Positions 49,462-59,732 of a DNA stretch of 64,000 bases are shown in pieces. This stretch comes from Muricoprocola sp. (GTDB taxonomy: Bacteria; Bacillota; Clostridia; Lachnospirales; Lachnospiraceae): NCBI GenBank assembly GCA_051879475.1, contig JBJEMC010000013.1, forward strand, positions 271 through 64,270. The letters are read 5' to 3'. Each line of letters opens with the position of its first letter. Position 1 is the first letter of the stretch. The notes beneath the pieces were generated by a model. That model saw only the letters and a program-made list of their open reading frames with translations. It did not search any database and was not told the origin of the DNA. A program made the position numbers and the translations under genes.

Positions 49462-50481
49462 TTACATGGATTTATTCTGCTTACGTATCATCATGTAGAT
49501 CACCACAGGTGCACCAAACACTGCCGTCACCGAACTGATGGACAATTCCGTTGGTGAAAAAACAGTTCTGGCAATGAGGTCACAGAACAGACAGAACACT
49601 GCACCTCCCAGGAAACATGCCGGAATCACAAAAATCGGCTTTGCAGTCTTTAACATACTTTTTACAATATGAGGTACTGCGATTCCTACAAAGGAAATAG
49701 GACCTGCAAAGGCTGTCACACAGGCAGATAAAATACTGGAGAGTAAAATCAGTTCTACCCGGAACCTTCTGATATTAACTCCCATATTCTGTGCATATAC
49801 CTCTCCCATCTGATAGGCTCCGATGGGCTTTGACATGAGAAATGCCAGTGCCAGAGAAAGAAAGCACACAAAGGCCATAATGGATACATTTGACCATGTC
49901 GTTCCGGAAAAGCTTCCCAGAGACCAGTTATGCAGATTGACAATGTTGGCATCATCTGCAAAGGTAATCACAAAATCCGTAATCGCAGAACAGATATAGC
50001 CGATCATTACACCGCAGATAACCAGCATCGACATCTTTTGAACTTTTTGAGAAACCAGGAGAATGAATCCCATGGCAATCATCGATCCAACAAAAGCCGC
50101 CAGAATCATCATCCAGGGACCTGCCGTATACCCCCTTCCCAGAAGAAAAATCATTATCAGGGATACTACCAGCTTCGCCCCGGATGAAATTCCCAAAACA
50201 GAAGGACCTGCAATGGGATTTCCAAAAAATGTCTGAAGCAGAAAGCCTGATACGGACAGCGCACCTCCCAGGATCATTGCTGCCAGGATTCTCGGAAGAC
50301 GAATCTCCCAGATGATATTATACGATGTGGAGTCCCCCGTCCTTTTTACTATAATCTCATAGATTTCACTGATTGTAAGCTTCACGCTTCCGGAATTAAT
50401 ATTCCAGAGCACGAGCAGCAACAGTAAAATTCCCAATAATATGAATGTGATTGTATAACGAATCTGTGTCTTTTTTCTCAT
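49462..50481 (-). CDS. FecCD/BtuC family ABC permease
   Basis: IRLPR, NPIAGPSVLGISSGA and GPISFVGIAVPH motifs. Confidence 0.92.
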   Translation of the reverse strand: MRKKTQIRYTITFILLGILLLLLVLWNINSGSVKLTISEIYEIIVKRTGDSTSYNIIWEIRLPRILAAMILGGALSVSGFLLQTFFGNPIAGPSVLGISSGAKLVVSLIMIFLLGRGYTAGPWMMILAAFVGSMIAMGFILLVSQKVQKMSMLVICGVMIGYICSAITDFVITFADDANIVNLHNWSLGSFSGTTWSNVSIMAFVCFLSLALAFLMSKPIGAYQMGEVYAQNMGVNIRRFRVELILLSSILSACVTAFAGPISFVGIAVPHIVKSMLKTAKPIFVIPACFLGGAVFCLFCDLIARTVFSPTELSISSVTAVFGAPVVIYMMIRKQNKSM

Positions 50482-50501
50482 GTTCTTTCCTCAAAATTTC
50501 T

Positions 50502-50528
50502 GTTACTGTTCACGTACGTTCCAGTAAC
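50502..50528. repeat. REP-like element
   Basis: GTTACTGTTCACGTACGTTCCAGTAAC. Confidence 0.85.
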
Positions 50529-50535
50529 AAGTTTT

Positions 50536-52140
50536 TTACTGTAAACGATTCATATAAGTCAGCTGCGTCACGTCATCTTCCGTAAGCATCCTGTGAATAT
50601 CACTGATCATCGTTCCAAATCCCGTAGTTTCCTGGAAAAGACTCTTCTGTGTGCACCATACATTTCCATTTTGCACCGCTTTAAAGTCTTTTAACAAAGT
50701 ATTTTTCTTTAACAGTTCATCCATAGAATACAGTTCATCCTCAATGGTACTGTTATAGATCAGATAATCTGCTTCTTTTCCTACGGCGTAGAATTCTTCC
50801 ATCTGAAGCTTCATGGTTGAGAGCGCACTGTCATCTCCCCCAAGCTCTTTAAATGCATATTCCCCACCAGCCATTTCGATCATTTTTACCACATAGTCTC
50901 CAGACTTACGCACTGTTACAGAACCATTGGAATTAATAGAGAAAAATGCCACCGTCTTTCCTGTATTTTCCCCATTTAAAACCTCTTTAAGTGCATCCAG
51001 TTGCTCTTCAAAATATGCTTCTGCCTCTTCCTCTTTATCCAAAAGTACAGAATACAGTTTGATCCATTCCATTCTACCCAGTGGATTGCTCTCATAACTG
51101 GAGTGTTCTACCAGAACCGGAATCCCAAACCCCTCCAGTTTCTCTTTCACAGCTGGTGAATGGTAAATCATGGTAGATTCTATGGCAAGGTCGCAGCCGT
51201 TTGCCAGTATCAACTCATAATCCGGCGCACTGTACTTTCCTGCATAGCTCATTTTGCCTTCTTTTATTGCATTTTTTGCTTCCTCTATGTACCAACCCTG
51301 CTCACTGGTACCGGACAAGGTAATATGGTCGATTCCATCCAGTGCCCTGAAAAAATCCATTACCGAGGTAGCCACAAGATAAATATGGTCAAAGGGCTGC
51401 TGCAATACTGTAATATCCTGCTCTAATCCTTCCGGAGCCTCTTTTCCTTCCGGCACAATCAGGTATTTCCCTTCATTTGCAATGGAAATGACCGCATAAT
51501 CTCCTTCGTAGTAATCTACGGCAAACTGACTGGCATATTTTAAGTCCATGGTATTCGTATATTCCAACCCCGGAATCTCCACGGGTACATGTTCTCCCTG
51601 TGCCGGCTCCAGGAAATCACTTTCTTCTTCAAGCTCATCTGACGCCTTTTTTGTTTCCTCTGCATCTGCCGCTTCCTCTTTCTCTCCGGCAACAATGGAG
51701 TCTGAATGAAGTGTAATCGTATATTCTATCTCATGTGCCTCACTCATGGCCACCGTGTCTGCCACAACGGGAAGTGCATCATCAAATGTCGGGAAAGGAA
51801 TCTCGAAGGTAGAATTCCCGGTTTCATTCACAGGCTCATACCGGTTTCCATCCACCAGCACATAGTCATAATATTCACTGCTGAATATAATTTCTGCTGT
51901 CATTTCCCCGTCTTTTACGGTAATCTGTGCTGGCGATTCAATATATGCTCTTCCGGAACCGCCTTCCAATGTCGCTTCCACCTGATAGATTCCATCCTGC
52001 AGGTCTAAGGTTTCCGGCGTCATCAGTTCCTGCGCCTCCGCCTTATAAAGACTTTCTGCAAAATTACCTTCTATTTTGTCATTTAACAGCAATACAGATG
52101 TCATTACGGCTGTCAGTAAGATTTTACTTTTGTTCTTCAT
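50536..52140 (-). CDS. ABC substrate-binding protein (BtuF/Peripla_BP_2-like) with an extra N-terminal NEAT-like domain
   Basis: DGIYQVEATLEGGSGRA...ADTVAMSEAHEIEYT domain; GKYSAPDYE...PLGRMEWIK binding domain. Confidence 0.8.
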   Translation of the reverse strand: MKNKSKILLTAVMTSVLLLNDKIEGNFAESLYKAEAQELMTPETLDLQDGIYQVEATLEGGSGRAYIESPAQITVKDGEMTAEIIFSSEYYDYVLVDGNRYEPVNETGNSTFEIPFPTFDDALPVVADTVAMSEAHEIEYTITLHSDSIVAGEKEEAADAEETKKASDELEEESDFLEPAQGEHVPVEIPGLEYTNTMDLKYASQFAVDYYEGDYAVISIANEGKYLIVPEGKEAPEGLEQDITVLQQPFDHIYLVATSVMDFFRALDGIDHITLSGTSEQGWYIEEAKNAIKEGKMSYAGKYSAPDYELILANGCDLAIESTMIYHSPAVKEKLEGFGIPVLVEHSSYESNPLGRMEWIKLYSVLLDKEEEAEAYFEEQLDALKEVLNGENTGKTVAFFSINSNGSVTVRKSGDYVVKMIEMAGGEYAFKELGGDDSALSTMKLQMEEFYAVGKEADYLIYNSTIEDELYSMDELLKKNTLLKDFKAVQNGNVWCTQKSLFQETTGFGTMISDIHRMLTEDDVTQLTYMNRLQ

Positions 52141-52158
52141 TTCTTGTCCCCTCGTCTG

Positions 52159-53709
52159 TCATCCTTCATTTTCCTCCTCACCCAGCAGGCGGAAGGAAAG
52201 ATTCAGATAGAAAATTTCATCCGGATCATCCAGATTGCTGTCCAGAATCTCTTTAATCTTTTCTAATCGGTATAAAAATGTACTTCTGTGAATAAATAAT
52301 GCATTTGCAGTCTGCGTCGCATTCAGGTTCTGTTCCAGGTAGGTACGCAGTGTCAGCATATAATCTGTATGATGTGTTTCATCCATCTCTTTCAGTTTTA
52401 ACAGATGTTCCTCACAGACCATCTGTGCCGGAAGACGTTTTACCGCCTGCTCCAGTATATAGGGTAAGGCGGCCTGATTAAATCTGTGTACCCACTGATA
52501 TGGCTTTTCCCTTCTCCCCACATCTAAGGCAATCATTGCCTGCTCATATTGTCTTCTGAGATACATATGTCCTTTCATCACCCGGCTGTAACCTGCCATA
52601 AGGAAACTGTCCCGGATAAAGGGAACCAGGCGGTGCTGTACCTCATCTGCATCCAGCTCTAACTTATTCAAATTAAAAAAACACACCACGTTTTCTTCAT
52701 ACAGGAAACTGCTGGAATCCGGAAATTTTCTTTTCAGATAGTTACAGACTACACTGGATGTCATACTCTTTTGTTCTTTTCCTGCAATCTGAAGCACACA
52801 GCAAAAATATTCATGCTTCGCGCTCCATCCCAGGTCTTCCAGTCTTTCGCTGATCTTCAGATAATCTGCACTTCGGTCTGACATCAGAGTCCAAAAGACG
52901 TTGTCCAGATCATCTTTTTTCCCCTCCATACTTTCCCGGTTCAGCAGTATCTCCACATAGTATCCAAGAATCTTCAGAAGGCAACCGTCCCCTTTCGTAA
53001 TCTCTTTTCCATTCTCTATCAGAACAATCCTGTGTGTGATCTTATCTTTTGGAAAAAGATTCAAGTTCATGGAACAATACCCCACCACATAAGATGGAAA
53101 AATAACCGGCTCCTTTTCTGCCTTCATGTTCTGGAACCTGTCATCCTGAAGCAGGGCATTCATCTGCTCAATATTCACTCCGGATTCTGAAAATAATCGT
53201 AATTGGGGCGGCACATCCTTTAATCCCGCCTCTGCAGTCAGTACAAAATCCATGCTCATTACCAGCACAGGATTTCCCAATATCTTCACGGAAGCTTTTA
53301 ACAGTTCTTCCATAGGAGCATTCTTCACAGTCAGTTCTTCCAACCTGCTTTTCCACTCTTCACACTGATCAAATATTTTCTGAAGGTCATTCAGGATCTC
53401 TGCTACTTTCGCCTCTCCTCCCAACGCAATATAGGGCTTCTTCCAGAAACGTTTCGAAAGGATCTGTTCTGCCTCTTCATCCATATTACAAATGACAAGA
53501 AGCATCTTCTGGGGTAAATGATTATGCTCGGATGCCCAGTTCTTGATATGCTCACCACTGACTACCCAGATGTGTTCCTCCATATATTCATCTTCCAGAT
53601 TCATCAAGAAAGGGCGGAGATATCCTTCTTTTTCAGATACCCCCTCCCATTTTTCTACTTGTCTTTTTTGTTCCAGCATTTCCAGCAGATATGCCCCTGA
53701 CAGTTTCAA
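52159..53709 (-). CDS. PucR/CdaR family transcriptional regulator
   Basis: TLRTYLEQNLNATQTANALFIHRSTFLYRLEKI HTH; start set at the TTG at 53709 after GGAGG. Confidence 0.88.
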   Translation of the reverse strand: MKLSGAYLLEMLEQKRQVEKWEGVSEKEGYLRPFLMNLEDEYMEEHIWVVSGEHIKNWASEHNHLPQKMLLVICNMDEEAEQILSKRFWKKPYIALGGEAKVAEILNDLQKIFDQCEEWKSRLEELTVKNAPMEELLKASVKILGNPVLVMSMDFVLTAEAGLKDVPPQLRLFSESGVNIEQMNALLQDDRFQNMKAEKEPVIFPSYVVGYCSMNLNLFPKDKITHRIVLIENGKEITKGDGCLLKILGYYVEILLNRESMEGKKDDLDNVFWTLMSDRSADYLKISERLEDLGWSAKHEYFCCVLQIAGKEQKSMTSSVVCNYLKRKFPDSSSFLYEENVVCFFNLNKLELDADEVQHRLVPFIRDSFLMAGYSRVMKGHMYLRRQYEQAMIALDVGRREKPYQWVHRFNQAALPYILEQAVKRLPAQMVCEEHLLKLKEMDETHHTDYMLTLRTYLEQNLNATQTANALFIHRSTFLYRLEKIKEILDSNLDDPDEIFYLNLSFRLLGEEENEG

Positions 53710-53711
53710 TT

Positions 53712-54359
53712 TTATTTCCTCCGATTCAAGTTCCTGGCAAACTCTGCAGCATCCACTGCATTTTCTGTATAAGCATCTGCCCCGATTTTTTTTGCTACCT
53801 CTTCTGTTACAGCCCCACCGCCGACCATAATAATATACTTCCGCTTTGTATTTTTTCTCAAGGCTTTTACGATCTTGGCCATTTCCGGCAAAGCGGTTGA
53901 CAAAAGCGCAGACACACATACGAAAGAAACATTGGGATGTTTTTGTATCGCCTTTAAAAACATCTTATCCGATACATCTACTCCCAGATCGATCACTTCA
54001 AAACCGGAACTGCGAAACATAATAGCAACCAGATTTTTCCCCACATCATGGAGATCTCCTTCTACCGTTCCAAGAATTACCGTCCCGATTTTCTGTCTCC
54101 TAAAATCCTGGCATTTTTCTTCCAGAACTTCAGAGCCCTTCCTGACGCACCTAGCTGCCATCAATATATGGGGGATATCACATTTTCCATCCCGAAACTC
54201 TTCCCCGATACTTCTCATGGCAGGCATCATTCCTTCTTCCATCAATCTGGCAGGATCGATTCCAGATTCCAGTCCTTCTTCGATCAGATCATTCATTTCC
54301 TGTGGATGTCCCTCTTCAATTGCAGCTTGAATTTTTTTAAGAACTTCCATCTGCTTCAT
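53712..54359 (-). CDS. Cobalamin-binding (corrinoid) protein, divergent copy
   Basis: GDLHDVGKNLV (DxHxxG), IDLGVDV, SALLS and MVGG motifs; start at the ATG at 54359. Confidence 0.88.
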   Translation of the reverse strand: MKQMEVLKKIQAAIEEGHPQEMNDLIEEGLESGIDPARLMEEGMMPAMRSIGEEFRDGKCDIPHILMAARCVRKGSEVLEEKCQDFRRQKIGTVILGTVEGDLHDVGKNLVAIMFRSSGFEVIDLGVDVSDKMFLKAIQKHPNVSFVCVSALLSTALPEMAKIVKALRKNTKRKYIIMVGGGAVTEEVAKKIGADAYTENAVDAAEFARNLNRRK

Positions 54360-54388
54360 TTTCCTTCCGTATTTTCTAACCAGATTCC

Positions 54389-54928
54389 CTATTCCAACAG
54401 ATAGCAGCTGGTATAAGCTATCGTACAGTCTCCATAATAATACTGCATATGGTTCTCCTTGCAGACCTGTGTCACCAGCATACCATAAGCTTCCATAGAA
54501 GAAAATGCCTGTCCCGGAAATCTGCAGGGAGCATCCGGATAGGTACATTCCTTGCATTTGGTACAGCAGCCTGCTCCCACCGGCAGCATATCCGGATATT
54601 TTTCTCTTAAAATCTTTTCAAATCCATAAAAATGTTCTTTATGGATTGCCTCTGTCTCCATCATGGTTTCCCCATCCATGGAATCTTCCAGTATTCCTAC
54701 GGTCTGGACAATAATCCCTTTCTTATACTTATGGATAATCTTGCTGCACTCTTCCAGGCTCCCGCATCCCGGCGGACAACTCCATCTTTTTCCATACATG
54801 TGGCAGGTATTCTTTTCACACATTTCACGTACTTCCGGCATCAGCACAATGGTATCGCAGTCCAGCAGTCCTACATGTGTAAAACCATATTCTTCGCCCA
54901 TCTTCTGTAATTCTTTAAAATTAAACAC
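54389..54928 (-). CDS. DUF2284 Cys-rich metal-binding protein
   Basis: C..N.C..YG..WSCPP, GCCTKCKEC...CRFP...SMEAYG. Confidence 0.82.
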   Translation of the reverse strand: MFNFKELQKMGEEYGFTHVGLLDCDTIVLMPEVREMCEKNTCHMYGKRWSCPPGCGSLEECSKIIHKYKKGIIVQTVGILEDSMDGETMMETEAIHKEHFYGFEKILREKYPDMLPVGAGCCTKCKECTYPDAPCRFPGQAFSSMEAYGMLVTQVCKENHMQYYYGDCTIAYTSCYLLE

Positions 54929-54954
54929 TTTTTCCTCCCGTATATTGCCTTTTC

Positions 54955-56673
54955 CTATTCCGGGAAAGCCAGTTCATCTACAAATATATCCTGGAACTCT
55001 GCTGATGCCGCCAGTTCCACAAAACGGATGCCTTCCACAAGCTTATCCGCCATATGTAATTCGTCTGTATTCAGAAGTGCAATCTTTGCGCCTTCTCCCG
55101 CTGCATTTCCCACAGGCTCCACTTTTTCCTGCAAAGACAAAGGAATCATCCCAATGGCGCAGGCACTGGCAGGATTCATATAATTTCCAAAGGCTCCTGC
55201 AATATATACTTTTTCGATGTCCTTCTCTGTGATCTGCAGTTCTTTCATCAATAACTGCATTCCTGCTGCAATGGCAGCTTTTGCCAGCTGTACTTCCCGG
55301 ATATCCTTCTGCGTAAGATATACGCCCTTATCGTTTCCGGATTTCTCAGGTGGAACCAGGACAAACACGCTGTCATCTTCCTGACCGCTTTCCAGATGTC
55401 CCATCTCATCCATGAGCTCAGCCTGATAAAGCTGTGCCACCAGGTCAATAAGTCCTGAACCACATAAGCCAATCGCAGGCATATTTCCCACTGTGGTATA
55501 CTTCCACTGTCCATTTTCAAAAGTCACATGGTCTACTGCTCCCGGTGCCCCGCGCATTCCGCATTCAATCTTCGCACCTTCAAAAGCAGGACCTGCCGCC
55601 GTAGAACATGCCGCCATTTTTTCCTTATTTCCAAGAACCATTTCTCCATTGGTTCCAATATCCAGCATGAGAGTCATTTCATCCTTCAGATCCTGTCTGA
55701 CTGCCAGGAGGCAACCACAGGTATCTGCACCTACATACCCTGCGATATTCGGGAGCATCAAAAGCTGTGCTTCCCTGTGGATCTGGAGTCCATAATCCCG
55801 TGCCTTTAATGTCAGTCTCTTGCTAAAGGCCGGATTATAAGGGGCATGTACCAGGGAACCCGGAGAAATGCCCAGAAACAGATGATGCATACAGGTATTT
55901 CCCACGATGCTCACCTGGTAAATATCTTCCCGTTTTATAGCTGCGTGCTCTGCCAGTTTCTGTAATAATGTATCAATTTCACTGCGGATACAGCTGCTCA
56001 AAGATTCTATCTCATGCTCAAGAGCATAGTTTGCCCGCATGATTACATCTGCCCCATACTGAGTCTGCGGATTCATGGAGCTTTCCACAGCCTCCACCTT
56101 TCCATCTGCTGCATTGATCAGATAGCCTACCACAGTCGTTGTTCCGATATCAAAAGCTGCCATATAAAATGGAACAGATTCTTTATTCAGAGCCAGGATT
56201 TCATCTTCTGTATAAATGACATACCAGGTCTCCGTTTCTTTCATTTTCTCATACAGGGAAGAAGCGATGCTCAGATTTGGTCTGAAATTACGCGGACTCT
56301 CTTCCTTTTCTTCACAGATAAGAGCTGCCAACCTCTCCCAGTCAGAACGGTTATCCCCGGGAATAGCCTTTTCCAGCTTTATTTTCTTCTGACGCAGTCC
56401 CGGTTTATACTCCACCGGTCTTGTCAGTCCCTCTGTAAGAATTTCTGCCTTCTGCTTTCTGATGAGAGTATCTGCCTGCACATCTTTTTTTACCTGTGTC
56501 ACACATGCCTTCACAATCTCACTGTCTGCTTTTATCAGGCATTTTCCACATTTCCCCTGTCCTCCGCAAGGCGCGTCCGGACGTAAGCCTGCCCGGATCT
56601 CCGCTTCCAGAAGAGTGGTTCCTTCTTCTACATCTATCTTTACATTTTCACGAACAAATGTAACCGTAAACAT
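54955..56673 (-). CDS. Corrinoid reductive activator (RamA/RACE-type ASKHA ATPase with N-terminal 2Fe-2S)
   Basis: PCGGQGKCGKC, FDIGTTT, DIGTNGE, STAAGPAFEG, GLCGSG and AGAFG motifs. Confidence 0.92.
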   Translation of the reverse strand: MFTVTFVRENVKIDVEEGTTLLEAEIRAGLRPDAPCGGQGKCGKCLIKADSEIVKACVTQVKKDVQADTLIRKQKAEILTEGLTRPVEYKPGLRQKKIKLEKAIPGDNRSDWERLAALICEEKEESPRNFRPNLSIASSLYEKMKETETWYVIYTEDEILALNKESVPFYMAAFDIGTTTVVGYLINAADGKVEAVESSMNPQTQYGADVIMRANYALEHEIESLSSCIRSEIDTLLQKLAEHAAIKREDIYQVSIVGNTCMHHLFLGISPGSLVHAPYNPAFSKRLTLKARDYGLQIHREAQLLMLPNIAGYVGADTCGCLLAVRQDLKDEMTLMLDIGTNGEMVLGNKEKMAACSTAAGPAFEGAKIECGMRGAPGAVDHVTFENGQWKYTTVGNMPAIGLCGSGLIDLVAQLYQAELMDEMGHLESGQEDDSVFVLVPPEKSGNDKGVYLTQKDIREVQLAKAAIAAGMQLLMKELQITEKDIEKVYIAGAFGNYMNPASACAIGMIPLSLQEKVEPVGNAAGEGAKIALLNTDELHMADKLVEGIRFVELAASAEFQDIFVDELAFPE

Positions 56674-56703
56674 ATTGTAATCCTCTGTTCTTTCTCCTTA
56701 TAT

Positions 56704-56730
56704 GTTACTGTTCACGTACATTCCAGTAAC
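56704..56730. repeat. REP-like element
   Basis: GTTACTGTTCACGTACATTCCAGTAAC. Confidence 0.85.
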
Positions 56731-56767
56731 TATTTTCCCGCTTTTTCTCTAAAATCATTATATCACA

Positions 56768-56813
56768 AAAAGGGCATATGACAATACCATTGCGGATATT
56801 GCCATATGCCTTT
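56768..56813 (-). terminator. Rho-independent terminator after the corrinoid protein
   Basis: GGCATATGACAATA...TATTGCCATATGCC with an A tract on the plus strand (U tract on minus). Confidence 0.7.
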
Positions 56814-56858
56814 CTATCATCGTTTTATGTACACCATCATTTAAAACAACGTTTCTGA

Positions 56859-57506
56859 TTACATCTCAGCTGCAAGTTTTTTAGCCAGAACTGCTGCACT
56901 TGCTGCATCTTCTGAATATCCATCAGCACCAATTTCATCAGCAAATTCCTGTGTAATAGGAGCTCCACCAACCATGATCTTGATATCTTTTCTGAAGTCT
57001 TCTGCTGCGATTGCTTCAACAGTTTCTTTCAGAGATGGCATTGTTGTTGTTAACAGAGCTGACAGAGCGATGATCTTTGTATCTGGATTTTCTCTGTAGC
57101 ATTCGATAATCTTAGAAGCTGGTACGTCAACGCCAAGGTCGATTACTTCAAAACCAGCAGATTCGATCATCATACCAACCAGGTTCTTTCCGATGTCATG
57201 AAGGTCACCTGCTACTGTAGCAAGGATCAGTTTACCCTGAGTTCCTGTAGATCCTGTTGCAAGGTGTGGTTTCAGAACTTCTACACCTTTCTTCATAGCA
57301 CGTGCTGCAACGAGCATTTCCGGAACGAAGATTTCTCCGTTTTTGAACTTCTCACCAACAACTGCCATAGCATCAATCATACCTTTGTTAAGGATCTCTG
57401 TAGGATCACATCCTGCATCTAATGCTTCCTGTACTGCTGCTCCAACTAATTTTGCTTTTCCTTTTTCAACTAATGCTGCAACTTCTTCAATTCCTGCCAT
57501 TTTCAT
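56859..57506 (-). CDS. Corrinoid methyl-carrier protein (MtaC/MttC-like)
   Basis: GEIFVPEMLVAARAM cap; GDLHDIGKNLV, SALLTTT and MVGGAP motifs. Confidence 0.93.
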   Translation of the reverse strand: MKMAGIEEVAALVEKGKAKLVGAAVQEALDAGCDPTEILNKGMIDAMAVVGEKFKNGEIFVPEMLVAARAMKKGVEVLKPHLATGSTGTQGKLILATVAGDLHDIGKNLVGMMIESAGFEVIDLGVDVPASKIIECYRENPDTKIIALSALLTTTMPSLKETVEAIAAEDFRKDIKIMVGGAPITQEFADEIGADGYSEDAASAAVLAKKLAAEM

Positions 57507-57603
57507 GTACCTCCTGTAATTTGTTTGGGTGTTTTTCTTTTTTTAATTTCAAACTGGCTTTTCCGCATGCCCTTCTGAAATATAAGCAAACTGTTTTATA
57601 TAA

Positions 57604-58419
57604 TTATTTCTTTACCGGACCAATCAGACCTTCTCTGTAAGCTCCGATATATTCCATACAATAGTCATCCAGACCAAGCAGTGCTTCTGTCGCATAGATC
57701 AGACCAATCATGTCTCTGTTGGTCGGATCAAGAATTGCGCTGTCAAGACCATAGTTCATAGCAAGAACTGTGAAACCATAGTTGATCAGTTTACGAACCG
57801 GAAGATTGAAAGAAATATTACTTACTGCTGCTGTAATATGAATTGTAGGATACTGCTTACGAATCGTAGAGATTACTTCGATGTTCATTGCAATACCATC
57901 TTCTGATGTACAGAGCATTTCAACCAATGGGTCGATATGGATACGATTTGGTGCGATTCCGTATTCTTTTGCCTTTGCCATGATTTTTTCAAAAACTTTC
58001 AGACGGTCTTCTGCACATTTTGGAATACCTGTATCGTCGCTGAGAAGAGCGATTACTTCCCATTTTTCATTGCCTGGCTGAGCCATAACCGGGAAAATCT
58101 TGTCGATCTTGTCTCCTTCTCCTGATACGGAGTTGAAGATACCAGGTCTCTTACAGAACTTGTAAGCTTCTACCAGCACATCAGCACTTGGGCTGTCAAC
58201 GGAAATCGGGAGATCTGTCACTTCTTCGATACACTCGATCATCCATTTTAATGTCTCTACTTCTACCGCTTCCGGAACCGATGCACAGCAATCAATATAA
58301 GTTGCCCCTGAGTTTGCCTGTGCAATTGCTCTGGCTTTGATCAGTTCTGCATCTCTGTTTGCAATAGCTTCTGCTACAGCCGGGATAGAACCGTTAATCT
58401 TTTCACCAATAATAATCAT
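57604..58419 (-). CDS. Methyltetrahydrofolate:corrinoid methyltransferase (pterin-binding, AcsE/MTII-like)
   Basis: MIIIGEKING, SVDSP, NSVSGE, IDPLV, SNISFNLP.R and DSAILDP motifs. Confidence 0.9.
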   Translation of the reverse strand: MIIIGEKINGSIPAVAEAIANRDAELIKARAIAQANSGATYIDCCASVPEAVEVETLKWMIECIEEVTDLPISVDSPSADVLVEAYKFCKRPGIFNSVSGEGDKIDKIFPVMAQPGNEKWEVIALLSDDTGIPKCAEDRLKVFEKIMAKAKEYGIAPNRIHIDPLVEMLCTSEDGIAMNIEVISTIRKQYPTIHITAAVSNISFNLPVRKLINYGFTVLAMNYGLDSAILDPTNRDMIGLIYATEALLGLDDYCMEYIGAYREGLIGPVKK

Positions 58420-58613
58420 GATTTGAACCCTCCCTAGATATATCCGGCTGCACCCCATTATTCAAGTACGCCGCTGATATCTACATTTTATTGTAATTAT
58501 CTATTTAATACAAGCCGCAAAGTTATCGGTATTTCTTCTTTTTTTCCTACACTTTGTAGGATACCATAGGGACTGTGTTTCCGTTTTTTCTTGTCCCCTA
58601 TGGCTCTCCGCCG

Positions 58614-59732
58614 TTACGACGCAGTTGTACTTGACGTGCTGATTTTTTGTTTTAATTTCTCGTAGATTTCTGTTTCTGTAGGCGGACATCCTTTAATACA
58701 GAATTCAAAACCAGAGGTACAGCTTCCTACCCCAAGCTTTCCTTTTTTCCCTCTGTATCCCTGTCCGATACAGATTTTTTCATCCAGTTTTTCCAGCAAT
58801 CCTTCTTCTTTTAGCCTTTGCAGAGCGGGTAACAGATATCCATAGCAAGCACTGCAGGATTCTACTTCCTGGACAGCATCCTGAAGTTCCACTACTTTGT
58901 CTGCATAAGGAAGATCCATTTCTACCCAGTCTTCACTGCCCTCGCATAGGATAATCTCCGCTTCATTTACTGCCATGCTGCCAACACCAAGCTGCTCTGC
59001 TTCTACAATATATGGAACATCTTTTATATCCAGATGCAGAAGCTGACAGGCATAAGCATCTGTCAGAACCGGATCACAGGCCGCCATAATACAGTTTCTG
59101 ACTACCGGATTTCCTCCATCTTCAAAATCCAGATCTCCGCAAATATGATCCACTATGATAAAATCCTGATGAATCGCTTTATTCAGATGAGCAATAGGTT
59201 TATGCAGCCCCATGGCATGAAAATGTCTTTTTTCTTTGTTGGGGATAAGCCCCTTCATATTCTTCAGGGCGCAGGTCACTTTTGTCTGGCAATGGCCTTT
59301 CAGAACCGGAACATTGATCAGGAAATCTACTTCTCTTACCGCATCGCAGAGAAACAGTTCCATTCCGTCACAGTCTTCTTTATGGTACGTATCGGTCTGC
59401 ATATCTTTAAATGGAACTCCATATTTCTCTATCAGTACGTCGTACCCGCACACCTTCACGGATTCCGCAGTTTTATCCCCCACCCAGGAACCTTCCAGCA
59501 TCACGATGTTTCGAAATCCTCTTTCCTGAAGATACTCAATCACTCCTGCTACAATCTCCGGATGGGTCGTTGCTCCCCAGGAAGCTTCCGAGGGTGACAC
59601 AAGATTTGGCTTGATTCCAATTCGAAGCTTCTTATCACCAATCAGCTCTTCCAGATGGCACTCCTGGAGCAGATCCTTCGTCATCTGAAGATAATCTTCA
59701 CCATATATTTTAAAAATCTGATTTTTTTTCAT
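58614..59732 (-). CDS. DUF362-domain Fe-S protein
   Basis: IKPNLV, ATTHP, INVPVLKGH and ALKNMKG motifs; C-terminal SCSAC...CIG...GSC...GCPP. Confidence 0.85.
   Translation of the reverse strand: MKKNQIFKIYGEDYLQMTKDLLQECHLEELIGDKKLRIGIKPNLVSPSEASWGATTHPEIVAGVIEYLQERGFRNIVMLEGSWVGDKTAESVKVCGYDVLIEKYGVPFKDMQTDTYHKEDCDGMELFLCDAVREVDFLINVPVLKGHCQTKVTCALKNMKGLIPNKEKRHFHAMGLHKPIAHLNKAIHQDFIIVDHICGDLDFEDGGNPVVRNCIMAACDPVLTDAYACQLLHLDIKDVPYIVEAEQLGVGSMAVNEAEIILCEGSEDWVEMDLPYADKVVELQDAVQEVESCSACYGYLLPALQRLKEEGLLEKLDEKICIGQGYRGKKGKLGVGSCTSGFEFCIKGCPPTETEIYEKLKQKISTSSTTAS

Noticed and set aside
53710-54557. Long N-terminal extensions of ORFs 52159..53919 and 53712..54557
   Set aside because: They overlap upstream genes in other frames. 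RBS-supported starts lie at 53709 and 54359.
58501-58689. 62-aa ORF overlapping the DUF362 3' end as a frameshifted extension
   Set aside because: It has no recognisable domain and runs through a hairpin repeat. DUF362 already ends plausibly after its GCPP motif.
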